Assembly (NCBI GenBank): GCA_963806685.1
Contig: CAWDZB010000022.1
Location: 16,360 to 80,359 of the forward strand
Direction of reading: 5' to 3'
Source: an uncultured delta proteobacterium
GTDB lineage: Bacteria > Desulfobacterota > Desulfuromonadia > Desulfuromonadales > DDH964
Length of the DNA: 64,000 nucleotides
The notes beneath the pieces were generated by a model that was not told where the DNA came from, ran no database searches, and was given only the letters and a program-made list of their open reading frames with translations. This document shows, one piece after another, positions 10,551 to 20,055 of this stretch. Positions within the stretch are counted from its first letter, which is position 1. Each line of letters begins with the position of its first letter. The translations under genes were made by a program, and so were the position numbers.

Positions 10551-10754
10551 TCAGGCGCGAACCACGTTTTGGGCCTGTGGACCTCGGGGGCCCTCAATGA
10601 GGGTGAAGGCGACCGCTTCTCCCTGGGCCAGGGTCTTGAAACCGTCCATCTCGATCACCGAATAGTGGACGAAAACGTCCGGCCCTACCGGCTGTTCGAT
10701 AAAACCATACCCCTTGGCGTCGTTGAACCACTTGACCGTCCCCTTGTTCATCAT
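10551..10754 (-). CDS. Cold-shock domain protein
   Basis: [27 protein letters not shown]. Confidence 0.95.
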   Translation of the reverse strand: MMNKGTVKWFNDAKGYGFIEQPVGPDVFVHYSVIEMDGFKTLAQGEAVAFTLIEGPRGPQAQNVVRA

Positions 10755-10899
10755 TCGGCTCTCCCCCTGCACGAACCTTGGCTCCCCCGGATGCGACCCG
10801 GGACCTGTTGGCGATTTGTCCGCCTAGACATGTAGCGTTTCATCCGGAAATTGCAACCCGCAAGATGAAATTTTCTTCACCTTGTCGCTCTTTTGCCGG

Positions 10900-10936
10900 A
10901 AAAAAAGGGAGAGGAACCCCTGCGGGCTCCTCTCCC
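10900..10936 (-). terminator. Intrinsic terminator after the small Cys-rich gene
   Basis: GGGAGAGGA...TCCTCTCCC stem followed by a T7 tract on the minus strand. Confidence 0.7.
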
Positions 10937-10970
10937 GTGTGCACTGCCTTGGTTCGGGCAAAATCGACCG

Positions 10971-11183
10971 TCAGTTGCCGGCCTTGCCCCGCAGTGACGA
11001 ACATTTTTTCACCCGTTCCAGGCAGGCCGGGCAGATCGTGGCCGTATCGATTTCGCAGATATTCTTGCGAATCTGGTGCCCCGCACCGGCCGTCGCTCCC
11101 TGGTAGGTTCCGCACCACGCACAGTACCTTAGCAAACCGGTTCCTTTCCCCCCTTCGGGCCATGGATCTAATCTACCAGCCAC
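10971..11183 (-). CDS. Small hypothetical protein with two CxxC motifs
   Basis: RYCAWCG...TICPACLE; followed by a terminator. Confidence 0.6.
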   Translation of the reverse strand: MAGRLDPWPEGGKGTGLLRYCAWCGTYQGATAGAGHQIRKNICEIDTATICPACLERVKKCSSLRGKAGN

Positions 11184-11237
11184 TCCCGAGCTGTCAAATA
11201 GCAGAAAAGTGTTGTCGCTGCCCCTGGTTTCTCATGG

Positions 11238-12731
11238 TTAGCGCAGGTACTCGATCAACAGCCGGACACCGACCCCGGTTCCTCCCTTGGGCGCACAGGG
11301 TCGGCCCTTCTCTTCCCAGGCCGTGCCAGCGATATCAAGGTGGGCCCAGGTGAAGTCCTCGGCAAATTTCTGCAGGAAAGCGGCCGCGGTTATCGTCCCC
11401 GCGGGACGTCCACCGATGTTCTTGACGTCGGCTACCTCGCTTTTCAGCTGGGCTCCGTAGTCGCTCCACAGCGGCAGCTGCCAGAGCCGCTCGCCGCAGG
11501 ATTCCCCGGCCTTGAGCAGCTGCCGGACCAGGCCGTCGTGGTTGCCGAGAACGGCACTGGCGTGATGGCCGAGGGCGATGATGCAGGCCCCGGTCAGGGT
11601 GGCCAGGTCGATCACCACCCGCGGTTCGAAACGCTTGACGTAGGTCAGGGCGTCGGCAAGGATCAGCCGCCCTTCGGCATCGGTATTGAGCACCTCGATG
11701 GTCCGGCCGGAGAGGGAGGTCAGGATGTCGCCGGGGCGGATGGCACTTCCCGAGGGGAGGTTCTCCACCGCCGGGACCACCCCCACCAGGTTGACCGGCA
11801 ACCCCAGCAGCGCCGCGGCATACATGGTGCCGAGCACCGCCGCGCCGCCGGCCATGTCCATCTTCATTTCGTCCATCTTCTCGGCCGGTTTGAGGGAGAT
11901 GCCACCAGCATCGAAGACCACCCCCTTGCCGACCAGCGCCACCGGGCGGGCATTTTCGTGCCCGCCACGGTATTCAAGGACGATCAGCCGCGGTTCGCGC
12001 ACGCTTCCCTGGGCGACGCCGAGCAGCGCCCCCATCCCCAGCTTTTCAAGCTCCGGCCGTTCGAGCACGCTGCACTGCAGACCGACCTCCGCCGCCAGCT
12101 CCCGGGCGCGCCGGGCCAGGTAGTCGGGAGACTTGACGTTCCCGGGCTGGTTGACCAGGTCCCGGGCCAGGCAGACTCCGCGACAGATGGCGCGGGCAGC
12201 CGTCACGCCCTTTTCAAATTCCCGCGCCGTGGCCGGGGTGGCAGCCAGCAGCCGCACATCCTCCAGCACCGGAGGCAGATCATCGGCCTTTTCGGTGCGA
12301 TAGATATCGAAGCGGTAGGCACCCAGCTCCACCCCCTCGGCGAGGGTCTGGCCGAGCTCGGCCTCGGTGAGGCGGCGCAGGGTCAGCGACGCCGCATCGA
12401 TACTGAAGCGGCTGATCCGGCGGCCGAGGAGCAGGCCGGTCACCGTCCCCAGGGCCTGGCGCAGCCGTTCCCGTTCTGCCTTGCGGCCGTCCTTGCCCAG
12501 CCCGACCAGCAGCAGGCGTTCCGCGGGAAGCGCCTTTCCCGGGTAGAGGAGCAGGGTCTCCTTCTGCCGGCCGCTGAACTCCCCTTCGCGGACCGCCCGC
12601 CCTACGGCACCGCCGAGCAGCCGGTCGATTTCGCGCAGTTGCGGAGTCCGCAGCCGCCCCTCCCAGACGCCGATCACCAGGCAGGGGGTTTTCAGTTTCA
12701 GGCTGTCTCCATGTTTGACCTTGATCTCCAT
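11238..12731 (-). CDS. pepA: Leucyl aminopeptidase (M17)
   Basis: LVGKGVVFDAGG, MKMDMAG, NTDAEGRL, DLATLTGA, WAHLDIAG. Confidence 0.96.
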   Translation of the reverse strand: MEIKVKHGDSLKLKTPCLVIGVWEGRLRTPQLREIDRLLGGAVGRAVREGEFSGRQKETLLLYPGKALPAERLLLVGLGKDGRKAERERLRQALGTVTGLLLGRRISRFSIDAASLTLRRLTEAELGQTLAEGVELGAYRFDIYRTEKADDLPPVLEDVRLLAATPATAREFEKGVTAARAICRGVCLARDLVNQPGNVKSPDYLARRARELAAEVGLQCSVLERPELEKLGMGALLGVAQGSVREPRLIVLEYRGGHENARPVALVGKGVVFDAGGISLKPAEKMDEMKMDMAGGAAVLGTMYAAALLGLPVNLVGVVPAVENLPSGSAIRPGDILTSLSGRTIEVLNTDAEGRLILADALTYVKRFEPRVVIDLATLTGACIIALGHHASAVLGNHDGLVRQLLKAGESCGERLWQLPLWSDYGAQLKSEVADVKNIGGRPAGTITAAAFLQKFAEDFTWAHLDIAGTAWEEKGRPCAPKGGTGVGVRLLIEYLR

Positions 12732-12742
12732 CTTCCGTCCTT

Positions 12743-14359
12743 TCAGCAATGGGCGTATTGGCGCCGATAGTCATCAATCCAGGCCTGCCGCCGCTCCCCG
12801 CGACCAAGACGGGCGGCGAGCAGATTCGCCACCCCCTCGAGCTCGGCCAGACCGCGGCCGCGGCCGAGGGCCAGCGGCGTCCTGCGGCGCAGGACATCTT
12901 CCGGAGTCCGGGCCAGCTCCTGGTCACAGGCGTAAGCAGCCTCGACCGCGAGTAGCGCCGATCCGGGGGCGAGCGGAGCAGCGAGTTCCGGCTCCCGGCG
13001 CAGCATTTCGACCAAGCGAACGGCACGGGAACCATAGCGGTCGAGCAGCCGGGTGGCGGCGGCGGCGGTCAGCCCCGAGCGTCCCACCAGGTCGGGGAGA
13101 GAGCGGCGCAGAAAGGCGCCGAATTCGCCGGTCGTCCCCCCGGGGAGGGGAACCTTCGCCGTCAGGCAGCGTCCCCGGCTGCGGCGGAGGAGGTCACAGA
13201 CCCGATCGCTGACCTCCTCCGCCACCGCCCGGTAGGTGGTGTATTTCCCCCCGCCGATGGAAAGGAGTCCCCCGGGAGAGATGAAGATCCGGTGCTCCCG
13301 GGAGACCCTGGAGGTGCGCTGCACCGCCTCCTCGGCCACCAGCGGCCGCAGGCCGGCGAAGGCGGCCACCACCTCGGCGCGCTGCGGCGGGCGGCCCCGC
13401 AGATGACGGCCGGCTTCCGCCAGCAGGTAGGCGATATCCTCCTCGGTGGGCGCTACCTCGTCGGGGTCTCCAGAATAATCGACGTCGGTGGTGCCGATCA
13501 GAGACAACCCCTCTCCCCAGGGAATGGCAAAGAACATCCGCTGGTCCTGCCCGGCGGTGAGATACAGCGCCTCGCTACCGTGATTGAGACGCGGCACCAG
13601 GATGTGGGTCCCACGGGTGGGGCGGAGCTTGGCCGAAGGGTCCCCCTCCAGGGCGCAGACCCGGTCGAGCCAGGGGCCGGCGGCATTGACCACGATCCGG
13701 GCCTCGACTTCCAGCACTCGGCCACTCTCGCCATCGACCAGTCGTACTCCACAGACCTGCCCCTGGCGCTTGAGCAAACCATCCACCCGCAGGTAGTTAT
13801 GAACCAGGGCCCCGGCTTCCCGCGCGGCAAGGATGTTCTCCAGGCAGAGCCGGGCATCGTCCATGCGGCAGTCCCAGTAGCGAGCCACGCCGAGGAGCCC
13901 CTCCTTGCGCAGCGCCGGCTCTGCCGCCAGGCCCGCCTCGGGCTTCAGCATATGGTGGAAATGGGTGTTGCGGAACAGGGCCAGCAGGTCGTAGAGGGAG
14001 AGTCCGGCCCGGACCATCCACAGCGGGCGGGGATCATCGGCATAAACCGGGATAAAAAAGGGAAGTGGTCGGACCAGGTGGGGTGCGATCCGCTGCAGCA
14101 ACTGCCGTTCGCGGCAGGCCTCGGAAACCAAGTGCAGGTCGAAGCGCTCCAGGTAACGCAGCCCACCATGAACCAGCTTGGTAGAGGCGCTGGAGGTCCC
14201 GCCGCCGAAATCCCCCTGTTCCACCAACAGCACCGGGACGCCGCGCAGGGCAAGGTCTCTCGCAACGCCGGCGCCGTTGATGCCGCCGCCGATGATCACC
14301 ACATCATAACGTCGGACAGCAAGGGAGGAAAGGTCGCGTTGCGGGATCGTAGGCTCCAT
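12743..14359 (-). CDS. glpD: FAD-dependent glycerol-3-phosphate dehydrogenase
   Basis: IIGGGINGAG, GTSSASTKLVHGGLRYLE, DDARL, GGKYTTYR. Confidence 0.9.
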   Translation of the reverse strand: MEPTIPQRDLSSLAVRRYDVVIIGGGINGAGVARDLALRGVPVLLVEQGDFGGGTSSASTKLVHGGLRYLERFDLHLVSEACRERQLLQRIAPHLVRPLPFFIPVYADDPRPLWMVRAGLSLYDLLALFRNTHFHHMLKPEAGLAAEPALRKEGLLGVARYWDCRMDDARLCLENILAAREAGALVHNYLRVDGLLKRQGQVCGVRLVDGESGRVLEVEARIVVNAAGPWLDRVCALEGDPSAKLRPTRGTHILVPRLNHGSEALYLTAGQDQRMFFAIPWGEGLSLIGTTDVDYSGDPDEVAPTEEDIAYLLAEAGRHLRGRPPQRAEVVAAFAGLRPLVAEEAVQRTSRVSREHRIFISPGGLLSIGGGKYTTYRAVAEEVSDRVCDLLRRSRGRCLTAKVPLPGGTTGEFGAFLRRSLPDLVGRSGLTAAAATRLLDRYGSRAVRLVEMLRREPELAAPLAPGSALLAVEAAYACDQELARTPEDVLRRRTPLALGRGRGLAELEGVANLLAARLGRGERRQAWIDDYRRQYAHC

Positions 14360-14449
14360 GGCCTGAAAGTTTAACGGGCCGGGGCGGTGCTGGCAATCGG
14401 CTTGTAGACAATTTCCCCCTCCGGAAACGGGTGCGATTCTCCACCCCCC

Positions 14450-14896
14450 TCATCCACGCCCGGAGAAACGGTGACGCAGCCTGCCGGCCAGGCGATTGAG
14501 GGGATGGGAACGGCCCAGAGAACCGAACACGGGGGACTGGCGCAGTCCCAGCGTCTTCAGTTCCGCCATGATCCGTAGATCCCGGCCGAACTTGAGACCG
14601 CGGCGAAAAGCGGTAATGGCCCGGGTTTTCTGGCCGGCCAGCAGATAGATGCGTCCGAGGTTGAGGTAATGCAGGCTGTTGGCCGCCTCCTGCTGCAGCG
14701 CCTGCTGGCAGAAGCCCTGGCCCTGTCGGAACTGTCGGCGTTCCCGGGCCAGGCAGTAACCCAGGTAGGACCAGGCTTGGGGAGGCAGGCTGTCGACAGG
14801 GAGGCGTTCCAGGTGCATCAGTGCCAGCAGGGTATTTCCCTCTTCGGCCGCTGCAATCGCCTGTTCGAGGAGCCGTTGCGAAGGGTCATTTTCCAT
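14450..14896 (-). CDS. Tetratricopeptide repeat protein
   Basis: AWSYLGYCLA, HYLNLGRIYLLAGQK..AITAFRRGL. Confidence 0.8.
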   Translation of the reverse strand: MENDPSQRLLEQAIAAAEEGNTLLALMHLERLPVDSLPPQAWSYLGYCLARERRQFRQGQGFCQQALQQEAANSLHYLNLGRIYLLAGQKTRAITAFRRGLKFGRDLRIMAELKTLGLRQSPVFGSLGRSHPLNRLAGRLRHRFSGRG

Positions 14897-15168
14897 GGGG
14901 GCTGTTTCCTTCCAGGATTTGCGACCTTCCCCTCCGCGGGCGGTCGCCGGTCTGGATGCCGGCAATGCCGCAACAAGCACCGGCCCGCCCCTCTCCACCG
15001 GGCTATAGGAGCCTGGTGCGGACGGACGGCATTTTTCCGCTACAATATTTCCAGCGTCCTTCTTTGAAACAAGTTTAACCAAAGAACCTGCCAATGGAAC
15101 CGTCGCCCCCCTTCCCGCCGGCCGCGAACCTATCCCCAGCTGCCCTGCCGTCGCTGAAGGAAGGAAGC

Positions 15169-16089
15169 ATGATCCTGGCCGACAATCGGCAGCTGGCCTG
15201 GGCCGAATTCGGCGCTGTTGACGGCATTCCCCTCCTCTATTGCCATGGCACCCCCAGTTCGCGGCTGGAAGCCTGCCTGGGGGCAGCGGCTGCCGGCCGG
15301 CTGGGGCTGCGCCTGGTCGCTCCCGACCGCTCCGGCTATGGGCTGTCCACACCCAGCGCCGGGCGATCCCTGCTCGATGTCGCGCACGACCTGCACCGGC
15401 TCTGCGATCACCTCGGCCTGCGCCGCGTGCTCCTGCTCGGGGTCTCCGGCGGCGCCCCTTTCGCCTGTGCCGCCGCCTTTGCCCTCGGCAGCCGGGTGGC
15501 CGCCCTGGGGCTGGTCTGCCCCGTCGGACCGCTGGGCGGTACGCCCCTGGACCGACTCCCCTATTTCCCCTGGCAGCTTCTGCTCCGCTGGGGGCCGCGG
15601 CCGGGACGCCCCATCGAGTTGGCCCTGGCCCCGGCTCTTTTCCTGCTTCGCCGGATTCCGCAATGGTTCCTCCGCTGGGAGGCACGACAGCTGGCTGACA
15701 GCGACCGACGGACCCTTGCCGATCCCGCCGTCTCGTCGCTGCTGCAAGCCTCACTGGCCACGGCCATGAAGACCGGCAACCGCGGCCTTTTTGACGATCT
15801 GGCTGCTTTCACCCGCGATTGGGGATTTCCACTGGGATCGATTCGTTGTCCAGTCCTGCTCTGGCACGGCCTGGAGGACCGGGTGGTGCCTCCCCTGTCC
15901 GGCGAACTTCTGGCCAACGGTCTACCCAACTGCGAGGCCAGCTACCTGGCCGGGGAAGGACACTTTTCCCTTCCCGTCGGGTACAGTTCGCAACTGTTTG
16001 CGGCACTTCTTAGCAGCGCATCGGCAGCGACGGCGCCATGGTATATTAGAGAAAATCTCATCTCTTCCTCCACCTTTCAGGAGGCCACC
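15169..16089 (+). CDS. Alpha/beta hydrolase; 3' end uncertain because it runs in frame into the next gene
   Basis: YCHGTPSSR, GVSGG nucleophile elbow, WHGLED, GEGH. Confidence 0.8.
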
Positions 16090-16488
16090 ATGGAAAAGCG
16101 CATTGCTGCCTTTCTCGAATCTCCCGTCTTCGGCGTCGTCGGCGCCTCGTCCAACCGCGACAAATACGGCAACAAGGTGCTCCGTTGCTACCAGCAGCAG
16201 GATCGGCGTGTCATTCCGGTCAATCCTCGGGAAAGCCATATCGAGGGGCTCGCCTGTGTCTCCCGGGTCTCCGACCTGCCGGCGGAGGTGGCGAGCATTT
16301 CGGTCATCACTCCCCCGGCGGTTACCGAACAGGTGGTCCAGGATGCCATCGCCCACGGTATCCGCAACATCTGGATGCAGCCCGGGGCCGAAAGCGCAGC
16401 GGCCATCGCTGCCTGCCAGGCCCACGGCGTCAACGTCATCGCCGATGGCAGCTGCCTCTTGGTGGTGCTCGGCTTCCACGGGCCTTGA
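16090..16488 (+). CDS. CoA-binding protein (YccU-like)
   Basis: Own RBS CAGGAGG; VVGASSNRDKYG, IPVNP, WMQPGAE. Confidence 0.9.
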   Translation: MEKRIAAFLESPVFGVVGASSNRDKYGNKVLRCYQQQDRRVIPVNPRESHIEGLACVSRVSDLPAEVASISVITPPAVTEQVVQDAIAHGIRNIWMQPGAESAAAIAACQAHGVNVIADGSCLLVVLGFHGP

Positions 16489-16504
16489 CGTGCCCGACGC
16501 CGGT

Positions 16505-16554
16505 GCCAACGACAAGGGCCGCCCCGTTCCGTGGGGGCGGCCCTTGTCGTTGGC
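16505..16554. terminator. 21-bp perfect hairpin between convergent genes
   Basis: GCCAACGACAAGGGCCGCCCC...GGGGCGGCCCTTGTCGTTGGC. Confidence 0.7.
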
Positions 16555-16565
16555 GGGTTCACCTT

Positions 16566-16701
16566 TCAGGCCAGATCAAAGAGCAGGAACCGGGCAGTGG
16601 TACGGCTGACCAAGTCCAGGACCCTCTCGCCACCATGGTCGTCGGCATGTTGCAGGCGCCCAAAAATGACCACGCTCGGCCGATTTGCGCAGGGTTTTCA
16701 T
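16566..16701 (-). pseudogene. Internally deleted pirin (YhhW-like) remnant
   Basis: ATG overlaps the MarR stop (ATGA): MKTLRKSAERGHF; after a frame change GRLQHADDHG...LDLVSRTTARFLLFDLA-stop, matching pirin N-terminal, middle and C-terminal motifs. Confidence 0.7.
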
Positions 16702-17183
16702 AGTTCCTTCTCCTCATCCGGCATCCCGCAGGCGACCGCTTCCCGGCGGCCCAGCTTGCGGCACAGCCGCGCCAGTTCCCCCTGTTCCTCAGCGGTCAGG
16801 ATTGCGAACTCCGAGAGCACCGCCTCCAGGTGGCGGGGAAAGACCTCCGTCATTAACCGTCGGCCTTCCGCGGTCAGCCTCACCGCCAGAAAGCGCCGGT
16901 CGGCGGCATCCCGCCGCCGTTCCACCAGCCTGCGTTTTTCCAGGTTGTCGACGACCAGGGTCATGTTGCCGCTGCTCTTGAGCAGCTTCCGCCCGAGATC
17001 CCGCTGACAGAGGGGACCGAGGTGAAACAGCGCCTCCAGAACGCCGAACTGGGTCACGCTGAGCCCCTCCTGCTGCAGATGGCGATGGACTCGGGAGGTG
17101 ACCGAGTCGGCGGCGCGCATCAACTTGACATAGCAGGCAAGCGCCCCCTGATCCCCGGCATTTTTGACAATAGCGGCAGACAC
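16698..17183 (-). CDS. MarR-family transcriptional regulator (MhqR-like)
   Basis: LSVTQFGVLEAL, SSGNMTLVVDNLEK, DRR..VRLT.EG; GTG start with GGAG RBS (ATG at 17195 is an alternative). Confidence 0.92.
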   Translation of the reverse strand: MSAAIVKNAGDQGALACYVKLMRAADSVTSRVHRHLQQEGLSVTQFGVLEALFHLGPLCQRDLGRKLLKSSGNMTLVVDNLEKRRLVERRRDAADRRFLAVRLTAEGRRLMTEVFPRHLEAVLSEFAILTAEEQGELARLCRKLGRREAVACGMPDEEKEL

Positions 17184-17195
17184 GTCAATCTCCAT

Positions 17196-17215
17196 ATAGT
17201 TTAATATTAAATTAT
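17196..17215. promoter_or_regulatory. AT-rich palindrome, probable MarR auto-operator
   Basis: ATAGTTTAAT-ATTAAATTAT (one mismatch) between a TTGACA at 17231-17236 and the start codon. Confidence 0.65.
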
Positions 17216-17248
17216 CCAATTTTGAAACAATGTCAACCGGCCCGGACC

Positions 17249-17282
17249 AAAAAGAGAGCCCCCGGCGTTAAGGCCGGGGGCT
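17249..17282 (-). terminator. Intrinsic terminator downstream of sfrA
   Basis: AGCCCCCGGC-loop-GCCGGGGGCT then CTCTTTTT on the minus strand; a second hairpin lies at 17350-17383. Confidence 0.7.
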
Positions 17283-17409
17283 GTTGCCGAACTTCATGAA
17301 TTGAGGAGTCGTTGGGCTCAGTTTCCCGTGACCGTTCCCCGGTAAAAGCTGGGGCGCCTCCGGATGAATTCCGGGGCGCCCCACGGTCAGGACCGGGTGT
17401 GCTGGAGCA

Positions 17410-19971
17410 TCAGGCCTTGGCCACCTGGACGGTAACCCGGTTGCTGTTGGCCGGCATCAGCTGCTGAACCGCCAGGTCGGCAAAATGGTAGGGCGCGAAC
17501 AGCACCCCGGCTGGAATCTGCGCGCTGAATTTCACCGGGGCCAGGGTAGACCCCCACTCCGAGCTGAGCTTGACGCGGCCGCCATCCTTGACCCCACAGG
17601 CCTCGGCATTGGCCGGATTCATTGCGACGTAGCCGGCCGGAGCGACGGCCAGACAGCCGTCGGCATGGGTGGTGGTGGTGCCGAAATGGAACAGGATTTT
17701 TCCGGTCACCAGCTGCAGGCCGGTGACCACGGCCGGCTCGATCGCCACCGGCGTGAAGTTCAGGCTGCCGGGGGCGGGAACGTAGGGCTCCTTGAGGCAG
17801 GGCCGGCAAAGACCGGGACCGGGAAAGCAGATATCGGAATAGAGGGGCGCCAGCTCCCTGATTTCGGTGAGCAGTGCCTCGGCCGACGGCGACTGCCCGG
17901 TCAGGCGCTGATAGAGATCGGCCAGTATCGCCAGATCCTCGCGGGCCTCACCCGGTGCTTCGGTCGCCTTGGCCAGGCAGTTGATGCGCTGGTCAAGGGA
18001 GGTGACGCTACCGCTTTTTTCGGCAAAGCCGCTGCCAGGCAGGACGACATCGGCCAGCGCGGTCAGATCGGAGGCGAGGATGTCCTGAACGACAAGGAAT
18101 TCGACCTTTTCCAGGGCCCGGCGCCAACGCCCCGCTTCGGGGAAGGAAACCAGGGGATTGGTCGCCGCCAGGTAGAGGAACCGGATCGCGCCGCTCTCGA
18201 TCCCTTCGAGGATGCCGAGGGCGTCGCGTCCCCCTTGCGGGAGGGTCGCCTGCCAGGCCGTTTCGAATTGCACCCTGGCCGCAGCGTAGTCCTGCTGCCC
18301 GGGAAGAAGCTCGGGACAGACCCCCATGTCGATCAGCCCCTGCATGTTCCCCTTCTCGTCGACCGGGAAGAGCCCTCCCACATCGCCGTGGAGCGCACCA
18401 CAGACCAGGGCCAGGTTGGCCAGCGCGGCGGTGGCCGCCTCGGCATCCGGCCCCTTGCTGATGTCGGCGCCGAAGACCAGAGCTACGGTGTGCGCTTCCC
18501 CGAGGTGGCGGGCCGCCTCGACCAGCAGTTCCTCCGGCAGGCCGGTGACAGTGATTGCCGCGGCCAGGTCGAGTCCCTGCAGTGCTGCTTCGAGTTCGTC
18601 GGGATTGCCGACGTACTGCCGCAGGTAGTCCTCGTCGGCGAGCCCGGCGTCGAATATCATGCGGGCCAGGACCATAGCCAGCGCCACCTCGCTGCCGGGC
18701 CGGTAGCGCAGGGCGGTATGGGCATAGCGATCGAGTTTGGTCCCCCGCTGGTTGGCGACCACCAGCTTGCCGTCCCGCTTGCGGCAGGACCGCTCGATCT
18801 GCCAGTCGATGGCCGGCGCCTCGGCCGTCGCGTCACAGCCGAAAACCAGCACGGCCTCGGCCTTGCCGATCCGGGAAATGCGGTTGCTGGCGCCGGAAAG
18901 ACCGAGGGCCTGGCGCAGCACCTTGTTGCTGCGCAGGGCTCCGAAGCGGGCCTCGGAATCGATATTGTTGCTGCCGAGCACGGCGCGGAAGAGCTTCTGG
19001 AAGAGGTAATTCTCCTCGTTGGTCAGCCGCGGCGAACCCAGCCCGGCAAGCGCCTGGCCGCCGGCAGAGCGCAGTTCCTGCAGCTTGGTGGTGACGCCCC
19101 CCAGGGCCGCGTCCCAGCTCACCGGCTGCTGGCCATCCCCCTGCTTGATCAGGGGCCGGCTCAGGCGCCGCGGGGAGTTCAGGTAGTCGGTGCCGAAGAA
19201 GCCGCCGATGCACAGGTTGCCGTCATTGACCGTCACCTCGTCTTCGGAGGTGACCCGGTAGACTTCGCCGCGCTTGACGTTGAGATCGACCTGGCAGTGG
19301 CTGCCGCAGGCGGTACAGACCGAGGGGACCTTGCGCAGCTCCCAGGGTCGGGCGCGGAACTTGAAGGGCTTGGAGATCATCGTCCCGGTCGGACAGACCT
19401 GGACGCAGTTGCCGCAGAACTCGCAGAGTTCGAGGTGCTTGTCGATGAACGCCCGGTCCCCCTTGTCGTTGACGAACAGGGCACTGGAACCGACCACCTC
19501 GTGGCAGACCTTGACGCACTTCTCGCAAAGGATGCAGCGGTTGGGGACCTGCTGTATCAGCGGCCAGTGGTTGATGACGTCGGGATTGACGTCTTCCGCG
19601 CCGAAGGGCTGGCGGGTGACGTCGTGGCTGTAGCAGACGTTCTGCAGGTCGCACTCGCCGCCGGCATCGCAGACCGGACAGTCGAGGGGGTGGTTGACCA
19701 GCAGCAATTCGACCACCTGGCGGCGGATTTTGCCGATTCGCTCGGACTGGGTGGTCACCACCATGTCGTCGACCGCCACCGTGTTGCAGGCGGTCATCGG
19801 CTTGTCGACACCATCGATATCGACCACGCAGATCCGGCAGGCGCCGGTCGGGGAGACCTTCTTCAGAAAGCAAAGGGTGGGGATTTTGACTCCGGCCTTC
19901 TCCGCTGCGGCCAGAATCGTCGCCCCCTTCCCGATCTGCACCTCTTTGTCGTCGATCTTCAGCTTGACCAT
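17410..19971 (-). CDS. sfrA: NADPH oxidoreductase alpha subunit (NuoG/FdhF-like Fe-S protein)
   Basis: IPTLC, GACRIC, NHPLDCPVCDAGGECDLQ, CILCEKC, CEFCGNCVQVCP, CTACGSHC; paired with sfrB. Confidence 0.85.
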   Translation of the reverse strand: MVKLKIDDKEVQIGKGATILAAAEKAGVKIPTLCFLKKVSPTGACRICVVDIDGVDKPMTACNTVAVDDMVVTTQSERIGKIRRQVVELLLVNHPLDCPVCDAGGECDLQNVCYSHDVTRQPFGAEDVNPDVINHWPLIQQVPNRCILCEKCVKVCHEVVGSSALFVNDKGDRAFIDKHLELCEFCGNCVQVCPTGTMISKPFKFRARPWELRKVPSVCTACGSHCQVDLNVKRGEVYRVTSEDEVTVNDGNLCIGGFFGTDYLNSPRRLSRPLIKQGDGQQPVSWDAALGGVTTKLQELRSAGGQALAGLGSPRLTNEENYLFQKLFRAVLGSNNIDSEARFGALRSNKVLRQALGLSGASNRISRIGKAEAVLVFGCDATAEAPAIDWQIERSCRKRDGKLVVANQRGTKLDRYAHTALRYRPGSEVALAMVLARMIFDAGLADEDYLRQYVGNPDELEAALQGLDLAAAITVTGLPEELLVEAARHLGEAHTVALVFGADISKGPDAEAATAALANLALVCGALHGDVGGLFPVDEKGNMQGLIDMGVCPELLPGQQDYAAARVQFETAWQATLPQGGRDALGILEGIESGAIRFLYLAATNPLVSFPEAGRWRRALEKVEFLVVQDILASDLTALADVVLPGSGFAEKSGSVTSLDQRINCLAKATEAPGEAREDLAILADLYQRLTGQSPSAEALLTEIRELAPLYSDICFPGPGLCRPCLKEPYVPAPGSLNFTPVAIEPAVVTGLQLVTGKILFHFGTTTTHADGCLAVAPAGYVAMNPANAEACGVKDGGRVKLSSEWGSTLAPVKFSAQIPAGVLFAPYHFADLAVQQLMPANSNRVTVQVAKA

Positions 19972-20055
19972 GGACTCATCACCTTTGCATGGACCGCGGC
20001 CGGGCCCCGGGACCCCGCCGCAGCATTCATATCAGTAGGTTTTCGGTGAACGCCG

